Assembly: GCA_040954595.2 (NCBI GenBank)
Contig: CM082577.2
Span: forward strand, 9,077,846 to 9,141,845
Source: Balanoglossus misakiensis
Lineage: Eukaryota > Animalia > Hemichordata
Reading direction: 5' to 3'
Length of the DNA stretch: 64,000 bases
In this document: piece after piece, positions 1 through 11,799 of the stretch
Numbering within the stretch: the first letter of the stretch is position 1
Layout of the letters: each line of letters opens with the position of its first letter
The notes under the pieces: generated by a model
Database searches by the model: none
What the model was told of the DNA's origin: nothing
Seen by the model: only the letters and a program-made list of their open reading frames with translations
Position numbers and translations under genes: made by a program

Positions 1-3000
1 TTGTAATTTCGTATGTGAGGTTGCCGGGGCTGCCTCTTGTATTTGCCTGCAGCCAGGGACGACAGATTTTGTTTCTGTGGTTTCTGTTTGCCGTGCAAGG
101 TGGGTCTGCTGCCCTCTATGGCAAAGCCATGCGACGAGGTTGTTGGCCGTGGGTCGGGGATGCTTGGCTTTGGTTCAAACATACTTGAACCTGAAAGAAA
201 AAGAAGACAATATTTGAACATTGCGATGGTTGGTTTAACAAAACAGACTCTGTTAAGGAAAGGTGATGGCATGGTACACATCACAGTTCGAACTATAAGA
301 TCAATCTATAGGAATCATAGGAAAGAGGCTTTTGTGAGAAAAAAACGCTAGTAAAACAAAGATCAAAATGCATTTAGTGATCAAGTACAATGATCAGAGA
401 AAATTGATCAAAAAGGCATATTGTAGGAAGAAAAGCCAGGAATTGAAGAATTATACCTCACAGATAAACAGTGGAATTCTTGGTGATAAACATATTCATG
501 TTGAGACACCTGGCATGTGTATCCAACCCACACAGTGCTTGTGACTGATACGTGTGGTACAATGTAGTGCATGCAATCTACATACCTGTAGCTGTCTGTG
601 GGAGGTGAGCTGGTGGCGATGGACTCCTCATGAAGGTCGGACTCGGGCCGTCGTCCAGAAGTCTCCACACGTCCTGGATGGAACCCTCGCCGTAGGACGA
701 CAGACTCATCATGAGAGGGGAGCCGGCCGGGCCTGAGCCGATGGTGCTCAGCGTGGCGTGCAGATCCGCTTGTTGAGCTGTGAAGACAACCATTTTGGCC
801 ATGATTAATAAAGCAAGACACAGGCATAAGTTAATGGGCGGAATTCACCACCTTTACATGTTGAACTTGAATTTTTTATGACACCCATAGTTGATCTACA
901 CATACACACAGCTCGTTACAGTTCAATCTTTAGAGGTCCAACCTTTACCATAGAACACAATGGGTTTGGACTGAACCATGGTGGTGAAAGGGTCAGGCAG
1001 ATATTCATTCTCCTGGGGAAGACCACCATGCTAAAAATTTAGCATCTCAGGAAAATCCCATCCAGCAAGATACTAGAGAGCAAGGATGATCTCATTCATT
1101 AATTCTCCATGTTTTTCACTGTAGTCAGCTATAGTACATATTGTGAAACTGGAGCCTATGAGACAGGTTTTATCTCTGACTCTATAGGTGAGGAATTTAT
1201 GATATCTGACTAACCTGAGAGATTTTGCCTTGCCATCTGGTGTCTCTGCATGGTATCGCTGTCTACTCCCTGTTGTCGCGACGGCATCTCCTCCTCCCGT
1301 GCTCCCCAGGCAGACACCTTCTCACCCCCGCCCCTCCCCCTCCTGGGGGACACCACCTCATCGCCATCTCCCCTGGCAGACGCCATCCTGTCCTTGTCTC
1401 TGTGTGCAAACTGCAGTTCCTGAAAAAAACCCAAGTAGATTGACCTTTTTGTGTTATTTGTGTGGGTGTGCATGTGTGTGTATTCCAAGAAGTGGCTGAT
1501 CCTACATTTTGCCCTCGTGTGTTTGAGAGCATGGCAATTGACTCTTACCTTTTTTGTGATTTCGTACTGCAATCTTTCAAGATCACTGAGTTTAGTTTGG
1601 TACTGTTCAGCCAACTGGTTGCCTGTTGCCACGGTTGGCTGCTGTTCTTGAAGAGGCCGCTGTTGTTGCCTTGACGGTGGTGATGAGGGTCTCTTGCCTG
1701 CAGAGGAACAAAAGTGGAAAGTCGTAAGCCAATGGACAAAATGCATCTTGTGAAACAAAGTAGCAAGTAATGGAATGTAAAGCTGTTTCAAGACTATGAT
1801 CTGTCTAACTGGAGGCTTTGATTAACAAGTTACAACATCATTAAATTGCAGCAAATTGCAATGTTCTACATCATTTACGGTTTATGTGGAGATTAACACA
1901 GAAATATAATGTTGTAGAGTCTTCCAGCCGGTGTGAACTGACCTGTGTACTTTGCAAGTTCTGATCTGAGTTTATTTCCGAGTTCGATCAGACGCTGTCG
2001 TTCCTTAGCAAGCTGCGTGATGTGCCTTGCTGCAGTTCTCAACTTTGCTTGCATCTAAAAAGAAAGGACAAGGATATTCAGGTACATAGTGACTGTTAAA
2101 CAGTTCATAATACTAAAAAGACCATCCATGTAGGTGCAAGGCAAATACCGAACACTACCCGGGTAGTAATAGAGTACATGAGAGAGTAGGGTTTCAGGTA
2201 AATTTAGGTGATACAGATCAATTTGCATATTTTTGCATAAATTTTAAACTTTGCATATTCTGTGGTTACTGTACAGAAATTCATTCATGCACATACTGTC
2301 ATTGTCTTATGAATCCTGGGTTGTTTCTAATTAATGACTCACCGATGCGAGATTATCACTGCCACTGATCATGGCGTCTCCAATCACCGGTTGCTGCTGC
2401 TGGCCTGCGCCTGCGGAATTCAACTGATTGCGAAGGTACTGCACCTCCTCCTGCAGTTGAGTGACTAAAGCATTCTGGGAAAACAGAAAACAAAACTGTC
2501 ATCAAACGTATTTTATCAACATTCAAGCTACAGCTGTGGTTCATTTCAAATATCTCCATCCTTTTCTTATTCATGAAAAACCAGCCTCAAGTGTAGATAC
2601 ACTTTGAGAACCAGCCAATACAGATTATCAAGTTACTTAACATTCCCATGTACTGACAACACTTTCGTTGATTCTGACCAGACACTCTTGACCTCTCCCT
2701 TTCTCCATAATTCAAAAGAACACTGCAGAATCATGGTTACCTGACTGCCACCGATAATTGTAGGTTTTCTGCCAGCCATGTCCATTTTCAGTGCAGACAC
2801 CTGAAAACAGCAAAAACAACGCCATCAAACCTCAACAAATGATGAAAAATTAAAACCAACAAAAACAGCTTTAAAATAAAAGGCAGTTCTGACTCACTTG
2901 CTGACCAAGAGCCGTTGCTTCCAGATTTCTCTCCAAGCCCCCTTTGAAGTATTCATCGGCTTCTTTCCGGGTTTCTGCCAACTGGAGCTGTAACTCGGCA

Positions 3001-6000
3001 ATCTGCTGCCGGAGTTGCCCGACCTCGGAAGTGTACCGCCTCTGCTGCGTGGCCACTTCGTATTGCAGCTGGTCTGCCTCCAGTTGCTTCTGTTTGGCCT
3101 TGCGGGAGACAAAAAAGCAGTCATGTTACGGTTAGATGAAAATAATTGTATTGGTTTCTTGTATCTTAAGTTATAAAAAGTTATATGGACAGAGTTGGAA
3201 TTGCAGTGCAATACTGATGCACACACCCTCCGTTGAACTCTGACCTACCTGTTGTGCGAGTTGGTTAACCATTGCCTCCAGGTGTGTATTTCTTGTCTGT
3301 ATTTTCTTACTCTGTGCACTGTTTTCCACCTTGTCTGCTCTCAAGGCACCTACATATATATAAATCAATAAATTAACAACAAATAAATAAATAAAGTCCC
3401 TCAATTTCACTACTACTGCCACATTGTATCTGTAAATTTGTCAGCATGATGTTCTCAATGGACTTCCCCACCCACCAGTTAGGGTCATAAGTATAGGGCA
3501 GTTGGGTTGGATAACAATCCTAAAACCATAATGCCTCGATGACAATATTTTCAGCGTGTAATTTTTCAATGTCATTTAATATTCTAATTCACAACTCTGG
3601 AAATATCGGAACAGCAAGGTGTAGAAACAGAACACTCTACCTATGATATCGTTCAGTGACTGGATGTGGCTCCTCACAAAAGCATTATCCACATTCACTT
3701 CGACATTCTCCTCGGACGCTCCCTTCATCACCATCTCAGGAATCTTCTCGGTATCATCTTTGCCTTTCTCTTCCAGTTGTCTCGTCTTGGTTTTCAAATC
3801 TCTCACTTCCTTCTCCAGTGCCTTTACATACTCTGAAGGGGGGGGGGGAGGATTAAAATGAGGTTATATCTCAGATTATTAGAAATAAAATTAAGTTACA
3901 CCATTGTAGCAAACATACATGATCAGAAATATCCCCAAGAGTGAATCTACACCATATTGCATGCTGGCTTTAATTCAAAATCAAGACACGATACCTTCAG
4001 TTATTGGTACTTTTTCGCCCGACACTTCTCCCTGTTTTCCGCCTTGATCCTTGTTGACCTGGCTTCCCAGTCTCTCCATCTCTTCTCTCATCTGCCTGAT
4101 CACCTGTTTCAGACTCTCGTTCTGATGCTGCAGAGACTGGATCTGTTGGGATGGCGACGACTCATCTTCTGCATCATCTGTTCCATCTCTAGTCTGTGTC
4201 AGTTAAACCACATCAAACAGACAGATGTTGGTATACAATGTATGGACAAATGATCAGTTATGGCAGTCCAATAAAATTTAGGTAATGTGGCCAGTTTCAA
4301 TTTTTTCTATTAACACTCTACAATGACTTAAACCTATATCATGTGAAATCTGACCTGATCAACATGTTTTGTTTCATGCTTACATACCGGTAAGATATGC
4401 CTGTCCACTGTCAAGCCGTGCTGACGTAGTGTGGCCATAGCTTGGTCTCTGTCCTGTGTGAGTACTCTGATGAGGTCGTCTCTCTGCTGGAGTTCTCTCT
4501 CTCGTTCCTTGATGAGGGCAAGGGCCTTGCAGATAAGAGATCAAGATATCTATTAGTAACTGTAATGGGTCACAGAACATGAAGTAGAAAAGTTTGTGAA
4601 ACACTTAAAGTTTGAGAAATTTTGGAGAGGGACTTGATAAGGGACCGTTCAGTTTTTACGGCAGGGGGGGGGGCTGGCAAGTTTGTGTCATCGGTTCTCA
4701 AAATCAGGCCGACCCCCCCTTCACCCAGGACCAAAAAAATGATGACCCCCCCTTTGACAGACCCAAAAATATGATGACCCCCCCCCCACGCCCAAAACAT
4801 TTGCCGTCCTGATCCTATGTACACTGTATGCAATAAAGGGAATGAGGCTCCTCACACCTCAATTTATATATTTCTTAAAGTATTATTGAAGTATATAATA
4901 GTATATCGTTGCAATAAAGAAATCTATGAACAAATTAAAATGACAAGTCAATACAATAGTTGCTAGAATCGGTAAAACAAGAAAAGTGGCGGGGGTGGGC
5001 TTGGGAGGGGGTGTCCCCCTCCCACATAAGAAAATTTTGTAAAAATACGGTGCTCAAAGTCGCAATTTAATGAACTCAAAAGCAAATTAACTCAATGTTT
5101 GGGAGGACCAATTTTACTTTTTGCAACTCCACTCAAAGTTAGAAGATTTGGCATCATCTTGTCATGACATCATTTATAAAACTTCTAGTATATAGAAGAT
5201 GCAGCGCGAAACTATCAGTTATGCAAAATGGTTTAAAAAATTATTCTCCTTTATGTGTTCACTTTATTAAATATTATCATCGGTGGGGTAGGGGTGGCAA
5301 GCACTCTGCCCTGGTACACTAGACAAACCAGCAAAAAATGAAATGTGGCGGAGAATGAAGGGGGAGGGTGTGGGAGGGGGTGTCCCCCTCCCACATTAGA
5401 AAATTTTGTAAAATAAAGGGTGCGAAACATCAATTTTGTGGACTCAAAAGCAAAAGTTCGGTGGCAAAAGTATGTGACCCCCCCCCCTAAACGTTTAAAA
5501 AAAACAGATGACCCCCCCTTGTGGACTTCAAAATTTAAGTGACCCCCCCCTGGATTTTGCCGCCCCCCCCCCCCCCCCCCCCGGCCGTAAAAACTGAACG
5601 GTCCCTAAGTACGTGCAGCAGACACCATGTCCTCTGCAGTCCTACTGTCAGACTTCAATGATTATGATACCTACTGACTATTGTAGGTACAAACAAGAAC
5701 ACATACATTCACAATACACATGGTTCTACGCCGATTTTCAGGTTTGTCTTTAATTTATAAGTCAAATAGAATTTTGGCTTTTGCTTTTTGCAGTGTCATA
5801 CAAACTGTTCATTCTAGCTTCCAAAAGTGCCGCATTATATTATTATTACCTCATCCCTGGCTGAGGTCAGTTTCTGTACCAACTCTTCCGAGTTCTGATA
5901 CTGCAACCGCTCCGTGTCTTCACACCTTCTCTGCCAGTCCAGTTCCAGCTGTGCCTTGGCTCTCTCCAGTGAAGTCTCTCTCTCCATCGCTTGCGACAGC

Positions 6001-8924
6001 TCCTTCTTGTACCTGCAATCAAAGTTTGATCGCCATGTACAAAATTAGTGATTTATTCAAATCTTGAGTTCACTAAACCTAGCTAGTCACACCAACATTT
6101 ATCAAACCACTACATCACAACTCAGACAGGAATACCTTTGATAGTTTTATACATTTCTAACTGAGTTCAGTGAATTTCTTCTTATCAAGACAGAGTGTTT
6201 ATATTTATATTTCCATGATACATGTTAGCTCAATTTATCACAAATGAATAGGAATAAAATACTTTTTTTTTTTAAATCTCAAAAAAGGAAAAAAAAATTG
6301 AGTGATGATCAAAATTAAATAAACATTTCTAAACTGGCATGTGTTCACACAACAAAGAAGCTCACCTCTCGACATCTTCCTTCCTCTGCACAAGCTCTCC
6401 GCGTAGTTTATCCTCCGCTGATTTCAGCGCCTGTATCTCCAGATCTTTGCTGACCACACTGTGGGAGACCTCGGCCAGCTTTTTGTCCGAATGAGACTTG
6501 AAGTCAGCGAGGTCCTGATGCATCCTGTCAAAGAGATGATTGTTGTCAAAAAGTTTGGTTGGTTCAACATTATACAGGTGGTTTGTGGTCCAATGAAATT
6601 GATAAAAACAAATGTCAATGATGTCTGGTTTAGATGAATACTGTAAAACACTTTATTTTCGCGAGTTGAAATTTTCGCGATATCGAGAGAGGCCACTGTT
6701 TCGCGAGTATTAATTTTCGCGTTCTCTTATTTCATTCACTGCATCGTTATCTCCAAAAAAAAATTACGCGACTTTTATTTTCACGCTATTTTGGCTCTCG
6801 CGTATTTCGCGAAAATTTATTGCTCACGAAAATAAAGTGTTTTACAGTATCTTACTTTTCAAGTTGAATATCCTTTTCCTTGTTGGCGTCAGCGTGTGCC
6901 CAGTTGAGTCTCCGGATCTCCACTTCTTTTGCTTCCACCTGAGACTGCAGTTCTCGGATGTCGTCTTGAAGACGTCGCTCCCTCTCGTTGTGGGACTCCT
7001 TGGCTGCGGAGACCGCGGTCTCCTTTTCTCGGGCGTATCTGTCCAGCTCTGCGTGTCTGTGAGTGAAGACACATGGCTTTGCTTGATTAGATGCATACTG
7101 ATAAATCGTCCATAGTTCAATTGTGACTGACAGATTCAGACATCTGTAGGCTTGCAGCCTTGCAGTGACTGCACATTCCGTAAGTGCAACTACATTGTAT
7201 TCACAACATCAATATGCAAGAAAAGTACTGTATAGTATTTTCCTTTACGAAAAAGACCTGATCAACCACAAAAGGTGATGATACACTTGGATTACTCTAC
7301 CTTCTCTGGAAATCCTCTTGAGCTCTTTTCAGTGACAGTTCCATCTGATGCTTTTCATTTTCCAGTTCCTTGATCCTACGTGATAGATGATAAAAAAAGA
7401 TGATAATTTCTACATACATACAACTAGGTATAATGCTCAAAGTAATGTAATGCTCAGAGATTCAAAATGCAAACAAAGAAAGATTTGAGAATTGTGATGT
7501 GCTTTGCACAGCCCACTTACAAATTATGATTGCAGTGACACACATCGAGCATTTCACTACCACTGAAATTATCATCCTAGCAGATGCTTTCTATACAATA
7601 CTGTACCTTGCATCCGACATAGCCTTGGTGTCGTTCAATTCCCACTCTTTCTCTTTCAGTTTCTTCGCCATTTCTCTGCTGACGCAATCTGCTTGTTTCA
7701 GATCTGTGGTTGTGAGTTCACTGGCTGCTCTCACCACTTCCAACTCTTTGGCAAGCAACTTGGCCTATTAAACAAACAGGGATCGAGTTTCAGGACTTTA
7801 TGTTATCAACCGTGATCACTAAGCATGGCCATTTCACACTTAACAATTATGATCAAAAGTTTACAAAGTACAGAATGTCTCATAGTCATAAAAACTGCCT
7901 TTCATTTTCATCTGCAGGTGATGGAACGTACTCTCAACGAATGGTGTAAGTCTCTGTCTACGAGACACGCTGCCCATATTCACTATTGGCATCTGACAAC
8001 CAATTGTACTTTTCACTACAGTAATTACCTTCATTTCATAGGACAGCACTTTGGAGCTGAGATCATCCACCTGCACTCTGTACTCGTGCTCCCGTTTCCT
8101 GATTGCATCATCAAAACCAGCATTCAGTTCGTGTCTCTGGGTCTCCAGCTCTTCTTCAACTTCCTGCAGTTCGCGTCTCAAGTTCCTCTTGAACATTTCC
8201 AGCTCGTCCCTCTCATTTTTCACTTCAGCGTCTTTGGAACTGAAATGAAATGGTGTTCATATTTTTGCTTAGTGTTAGATCACAGCCCTGGTCATATCAC
8301 GTATGGGTACATTGTGTACTTTTTCATTCCCTGCCATATGTGTTGTGTAAGTTTTGACTACATGTACATGTGCTAGTATTATGAATAGCACTTTTGGTCT
8401 GTGACAACATTTCGTCTCCTAAACAACACACGAGGAAGTTTCCAACACTGGCATATCAACAATATCCTCAATATTATAATTTCTGTCTTGAATTTATTAA
8501 AAGTACGCTTCATGGTTGGTAACACTAACCTTCTGTACAAATCGACCTCTTTCTGCTTTTCTCGAAGACGTTGTTGATAGTGTATCTGCAGCTCGTCCCG
8601 TGCCTTGTTTTCTCGGTCCAGCGCCGACCTCAGTTCATCGATTTTGATTTTCAGCTCGCTGATCTCCGCGTTCTTCACGGTCGACGAGGCTTTCAGTTGT
8701 CCGAATACAGAGTCGTAGCGTTCGAGCTCGAGATCTCTCTCCTGCAGCAGCTTGTAGTTGTACTTGAAGTCCTCTTTCAGTTTCTGAAATCTAGATTTCT
8801 CCTCGTTGAGTTGCTTCTCCTTTTCCTTCAGCGCGTCTTCCAGGGATTGTGTTCGGAGATCTTGGAGCTCTCGCCACTCTCGCTCTTTCTGCTCGGCGAG
8901 TTCTCGCAGTGACTGTTCGTGCAT
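1..8924 (-). CDS. CCDC57: Coiled-coil domain-containing protein 57 (centrosomal), 19 coding exons, 3' end just outside the window
   Basis: The N-terminus MHEQSLRELAEQKEREWRELQ...LKEDFKYNYKLLQERDLELERYD matches the recalled CCDC57 N-terminus (KEEEWRALQ...EDFVYNLQVLEERDLELERYD), and the last exon ends in the CCDC57 C-terminal motif IRNYN at the window edge. Frame-consistent GT-AG exons: 8530-8924, 8029-8239, 7607-7764, 7301-7375, 6856-7056, 6366-6524, 5850-6012, 4388-4525, 3995-4193, 3641-3832, 3249-3349, 2898-3098, 2741-2800, 2343-2474, 1943-2054, 1549-1697, 1215-1419, 586-777, <1-190. Confidence 0.93.
4641..5605. mobile_element. Non-autonomous PIF/Harbinger-type DNA transposon (965 bp) in a CCDC57 intron
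   Basis: Perfect 22-bp terminal inverted repeats GGGACCGTTCAGTTTTTACGGC (4641-4662) and GCCGTAAAAACTGAACGGTCCC (5584-5605), flanked on both sides by TAA (4638-4640, 5606-5608), the 3-bp TWA duplication typical of PIF/Harbinger. Internal GATGACCCCCCC subterminal repeats; no transposase ORF. Confidence 0.85.
6641..6847. mobile_element. Palindromic MITE with TA target-site duplication (Tc1/mariner-like), 207 bp
   Basis: TIRs CTGTAAAACACTTTATTTTCG (6641-6661) and CGAAAATAAAGTGTTTTACAG (6827-6847), flanked by TA on both sides; internal TTTTCGCG repeats. Confidence 0.8.
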
Positions 8925-9024
8925 TTTAAAAGTCTAGTCTAACTACTGATCGCAGTTGCGGGTTAAATGTCTTCGCTGTACGTGCCCAGACACATCAGTC
9001 AATAACAAATTTAAAATCCTACAA

Positions 9025-9032
9025 CCGGAAGT
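9025..9032. promoter_or_regulatory. ETS/GABP motif in the CCDC57 proximal promoter
   Basis: CCGGAAGT about 100 bp upstream of the CCDC57 ATG; motif match only. Confidence 0.4.
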
Positions 9033-9240
9033 AATGAATGCTAACGTAACTCGGAGATTTTATACAAAATGACAAACATATACGATTTGAATGACACCCA
9101 GAAGGGAAAATAACTGTAAATTCTTTCCAATATTCACCAGATTTCAATACTTGCAGGTCTAACCATAAAGTAGAGGGACTTGACAGCTACAGATTGATTC
9201 CAGTTTGAACGCTCCGCCAACCTCGATTTCAACTTTGCCG

Positions 9241-9268
9241 TGACCTCTTAGGTCATGACCTCTGACTT
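9241..9268. promoter_or_regulatory. Cluster of nuclear-receptor half-sites (ER3 + IR0 + DR1)
   Basis: TGACCT-ctt-AGGTCA-TGACCT-c-TGACTT, four half-sites in 28 bp; motif match only. Confidence 0.3.
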
Positions 9269-9284
9269 TGTTTCTTTCGCACTT

Positions 9285-9301
9285 AGCCGCTAGGGGGCGT
9301 A
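9285..9301 (+). promoter_or_regulatory. CTCF-like site between the novel gene's 3' end and the CCDC57 promoter
   Basis: AGCCGCTAGGGGGCGT fits the CTCF core CCGCTAGGGGGC; motif match only. Confidence 0.45.
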
Positions 9302-9550
9302 CAATTTTCGGCGGTGCGTTCTTGAGGCAGGTCTGGTTGGTACAGGGTCTTGAACGGGCCTAAATTTACGTGCGGCCCCCGGGATGAAAATCACGAGGGT
9401 GTATGTATGTGCATGCTGTGAGAGACAGAAATCAGCGAAAAAGACAGAGAGAAACAGAAATTCATTTAATAACTTCAAGGAAGGAGACAATTTGCTCAAA
9501 CTAATGGTTTTATTTATTGGGACTAATATAATTTACAAGATAATGTCAAA

Positions 9551-11799
9551 TTAGAAAGAGTGATTGCTGGAACTACTTTTAACTTGTTTGTCTTTAACAT
9601 GATGTCTCGAGCTCCCGTGAAAGAACCTACGAAGTTTCTTGAAAGAAAAAACCCGCTTCTTGCGGTTGGCTGTGGTGGGAAGCGTGTCTTGTCTTTCAAT
9701 CTGGTCGTCCTTCGGTTGACTGGCCAAGGTCGATTCCACCCTCATACCACCGTCGCTGTATGAAGAAGACGCCGCTGTTCCCCTTCTCAAATTTCTCGCG
9801 ATTTGGCCGTCTGCATCTTGCCTGTGTATGGAATCGCGTATTTCTCCGAGTCTGTGCATATTTGATGGAAGCCTGCGATGATCCTTTCCCGCTGCAAGAG
9901 AAACATTCCCGCCTACTGCACCGACGCCGTCCTGGACCCTGTCACCAACAGCGTCTTTGGTCGAAGATTCCTTGGTTACAAAAGAAGGCTCTTCTTTAGT
10001 ACCGACTCTATCCGACGCGTTTCCACCGTTTTCGGTCTTCACAACCACCAGCCCTGCCCTGATGGGTTCCTGGGGAACCATGGTTTGTGGTGCGCGCTTG
10101 CCGAGCGACCTTTCCGCAGCGGATAGTTGATTAATCCCAGCACCAGCGTAGTCACTACTGCTGTATTCGTCAACAAGGCTCGTGGACTTTAGTTGCAATC
10201 CCTTGGTATTGTCAAGGAAATCCAAATCTCCACTCAGATGTTGAGAATCGCCCAACAGAGTGTCTTCGCTCGACTGTGTACTCGGAAAGCCATCGTGACT
10301 GTCAACAGAGTCCGACTCGTGATCAGTGACATCATCGTCATCGTCATTCCATGAACTCGGAAGGCTAATACTGCTGAGGGTGCCACTGACCGCAGTCAAC
10401 GAACTGAGCATGCTCACCGAATCTTCATCGAAGTTAGGGAGCCGCATCATGATGGCGTTACTATGCCAACCCTCAGTTTGACTCGATGAGTCGTTGGTGC
10501 AGTCCCTCGTCGAGTCGATCTGAAACCTGAATAGCCTGGCGTTTCTAAGCTTCCGTCTGGACGACGAACCTTTATCCAAAGAAGGCATCTTTGTCATGAA
10601 CTCCGCGCACGGAAAGTCTTCCAAGCTGCTGCACGTGAACAGTGAGCCTTCGCTTTCACTACTCTCAACAGTTTGTCCTCCCAAAGACTCCAATGACGAA
10701 GATTTATCCTCTGAAATACCCACGGTTCCTTCATCTGAAGAAGGAACGTTTGGTATCCGGCTTTGAGCCATTTCATCTTCTGCACTTTTGGTGACAGCTC
10801 TACTCTTGTCTTCACGTTCACCAAGTCCATCTCTTTGAGGAAATGCGAAACATTCATCATAGTCACACCATGAATTAGTGTCACTTTCATCTCGGGTACT
10901 CTGCTCTAATGGAACCCGGTCATCCTTGTCTTCATCAGTGGCTTCATTGACTGTGAAATCTGAATTGAAGGAGGACAGGTCGGGGTCTTCAAACGAATAG
11001 GCAGACATACTCGTCGGAATGGAGTCCTCCCAACTATCCTCGGACATGGTCGACGTGTATCCACTGAAAGGGTTCTCGTCCAGATTGTCGTTGCCGAGAT
11101 CGCGGACAGCCTCCGAAGGCATTGTACCACACAGCGACTCTTTGAACCTCTCGCTGCAGAACAGGCCACTCGCGGGCGAGCCATCCTCGTGGTCCGACGC
11201 ACTGACGTCATCGATGCAGGTGGATTCTGGTTCGTCCTCAGTAGACGTGTTGTTCCACGACGCCACTGTGTCGAGGATGAGTGCGTAGTCATCGTCAGCA
11301 TCGCCAGACTCGTAGAATTCATCTTCCCACCCGTCACTGAATGTCAGTTCGACGGACGACGTTGAAGATTTCCCGCGTATGGCTGTTGACCCGGTACTTT
11401 CTCCGGCATCGCTCGACGGCGGAGATGGTGACGGTGATGGTGGTAACAGTAACGACGGCATATGCAATGCTCGGTACACTGGTCGTTTTGTTGGTAATGG
11501 CGGTGGTAGGGGTGGTGGCAACGTTAGTTGTGCGGGCATCTCAACATCCGCATCCTTGTCAGAACGTTTTAAGCTGTACTTATTGGATAACAACGTTGTT
11601 GGTGATGTTGTTGCTGGGAAACACTGCAGCCCTTCAACAGAAACGTTACCGTTCATGTCACCTGTACCTCCATTATTAACCTCTTCTCCTCCTTGTCTGT
11701 GGTTTGCCTTCATTCTTTCAAGACCTTGATTTCCTCCGACTTCCTGGCATATATCAATGTACTCGAAGTGTAGGCGCAATATTCTAGATTGAATTTGGT
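9551..11799 (-). CDS. Large terminal exon of the uncharacterised gene (contains the 742-aa ORF of the track)
   Basis: 2.25-kb open frame preceded by a strong acceptor (TTTTATTCCTTTCTCAG, AG at 11800-11801). Acidic and Ser-rich, with PPPLPPPLP and a basic C-terminal KKRVFSFKKLRRFF segment. Confidence 0.85.

Noticed and set aside
9551-11779. The 742-aa ORF as a stand-alone intronless gene or retrogene
   Set aside because: It starts at TTG and is preceded by a strong in-frame acceptor at 11800 and a chain of phase-compatible upstream exons.
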